Shown: piece after piece, positions 62,156 through 64,000 of the stretch
Position numbering within the stretch: position 1 is the stretch's first letter
How the letters are laid out: every line of letters begins with the position of its first letter
NCBI RefSeq assembly: GCF_018977255.1
Contig: NW_024704742.1
Coordinates: 110,920,001 to 110,984,000 of the forward strand
Source: Callorhinchus milii
Taxonomy: Eukaryota
DNA: 64,000 nt
Direction of reading: 5' to 3'
Position numbers and translations under genes: made by a program
Notes under the pieces: generated by a model
The model's input: the letters and a program-made list of their open reading frames with translations, nothing else
What the model was told of the DNA's origin: nothing
Databases searched by the model: none

Positions 62156-64000
62156 TGAAATTTCACTGAACTACTCAGTTGTCCCTTAAAACATTGTGGT
62201 TTGGCTAGAATTTATGTTTTGAATTTGTGGTCAAATAACTGAGTCTATCAGGTTTTTTGATTTTTTTTGTCACAGAGTCAAATCTGCTAATATAAATTCT
62301 GAAATCAGCGGTGTGCTGATGCTGCACATTTGTGTGTTTGCTAAGCTCAGGTTTTGCCGTTGCAGTCAATATAAAGCAGCTACTTTGTAATATGTAACTT
62401 TGTCTTTCTCACCTTATTGCATATAACAAAATACTTGCACTGGGATCGTAATAATAACGATAATCATTATATTTGGTAAAGCGCCTTTCACGTCAGGAGG
62501 ATGACTCAAAGAGCTTCACAGGATGTACTTTGAAGTGCAGTGACTGTGTTTTGTGGGCAAACCTGAAATCTAGCAATCTAGTATTTGGGTTTATTGAGTG
62601 GCTGCATTAGAATAAAAGAACATTCTTCTCCTAAATATCAGGAAGTTATATGTTAAGGACTGCCTAATTCAGAGGGAACAGGATGTTTTGTGACGGTCTT
62701 GAGTCTGTATTGCGGTACACAGTTGTGGCAGCTGAGGACTTTTTGGATTGTTTTCGGGAAGGTTTAGGAGCCAGGTCACAGCGATCCTGTTTGTATTGTT
62801 TCACCAAGTTAATGATCCTGGAACAAGAACCAAGCAATTCACACTGGAGCGTTTCCAAACGTATACTGGCAGGGCATTAATACTCTCTACTTTTTCCCTT
62901 CATTCTCAATAGCCTTTACCTCATGCGGTTTGGTTAACTGGAATTTCCATTGAAGTGTCAGTCAGTGCGTGCTTCAACAAGGTTAGAAGGTTGACTTGTG
63001 TAAGTCTGAAATTACGGCGCATTTACATAATATGGTTCACATGGGCGATTTATTTGTTGTGAGTTTGTTCAGAGCCTGAGACTTTAAACGCTGGCCAGGG
63101 AGCCTTCACTTGCCTGGAGCTGACTCTGTACATCTGTAAGAACTGGTTTCTCTTTCACTTCTTTTGAGTGCCCATGCTGCTGACACATCACTGGTTAGTT
63201 AGCAGACAGCAGCAGCTGTTATCGTGCTCACACAGCTACACTGTGAACCTCAGCGTGCGACAGCACACAATAGAAAAATAGAGATTATTTCCAAATCGCA
63301 AAGGTAAACCTAATTTTAACCTTGGCTGTAAAGGCCTAATATATTTTGAACACCTTTGAGTTTGGCAACCTGCAGCAAGCATTATGGCTCATATTTTCCA
63401 TAACAAGTCTCTGGGTGCCTCACGAGCAGCTGTAAAAATATTGACTCAAGATTCCTTTTCCGTTTTTTGTTCAATTTTCTCTCTGAAATACGCTGACTCA
63501 TGATGGGGGGTACCTTTGGTTTACTGGTAGCACTCCGATGCCTCATTCAAGTGACCTTTATTCATGCATCACTTTTGAGTCAATGTGTCTGGACTTTTTG
63601 TTTGTGGTGGGTGGGTATCAGAACCCAAACCATGTCAATGTCCTCAACTGACATCTACACAAGTACTAATGTACTTCCCAACGGGTGTCACTGAATAATA
63701 GTCAGGATTGAAAAGCCTAGCAGATTATTCTCTTCCCTAGCCCAGGAGCACTGAAGATAATTTGATGAAACCAATTGTAGTGCTTCAACCTCTGCCCAAG
63801 TTAAGAGAAAAAGAAACTCAGGAGCGACTGAAAGTTAACCCTGGGATCCTTCTGGTCCGTTTGCCTGTATAATACCTGCCAGTCCACTTACTAACTGAGA
63901 TCTCACTAGATTGTTCATGTTTAAAATAAATGTTGTCAGGGCTTTAATCCTCTTGTTTCCTCCCCGGGCACTCTGATCTTCCAGGCCACACACTGCCTGT

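Noticed and set aside
38800..64000. Expected syntenic neighbours (ADGRV1 terminal exon, LUCAT1-like lncRNA)
   Set aside because: I could not recognise any coding exon, and lncRNAs cannot be called from sequence alone.

Overview
Vertebrate genomic DNA, most likely from a cartilaginous fish (inferred from the repeat families, not proven). It holds one complete protein-coding gene on the + strand, the alpha-arrestin ARRDC3: 8 coding exons from 19185 to 36151, all introns GT-AG, 1251 nt, 416 aa, two PPxY motifs and a ~2.2 kb 3' UTR. The rest is intergenic and intronic DNA dense in non-LTR retroelements: CR1 and L2 LINE fragments, an abundant young SINE with a tRNA(Ala)-like head, an older DeuSINE-like family and another old SINE-like family. 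A ~0.9 kb G/GT minisatellite lies just upstream of the gene. Nearly all other ORFs in the track are repeat-derived or chance. The most notable observations are: a decayed DNA-level copy of ARRDC3 exon 3 about 15 kb upstream, plus other short local duplications; a SINE/L2 shared 3' hairpin with compensatory base changes; a CORE+Deu chimeric SINE with an apparent intermediate form in the window; and a candidate stop-introducing alternative acceptor before exon 4. I found no evidence of a wholly new multi-gene system. Repeat boundaries are approximate and were set by eye.
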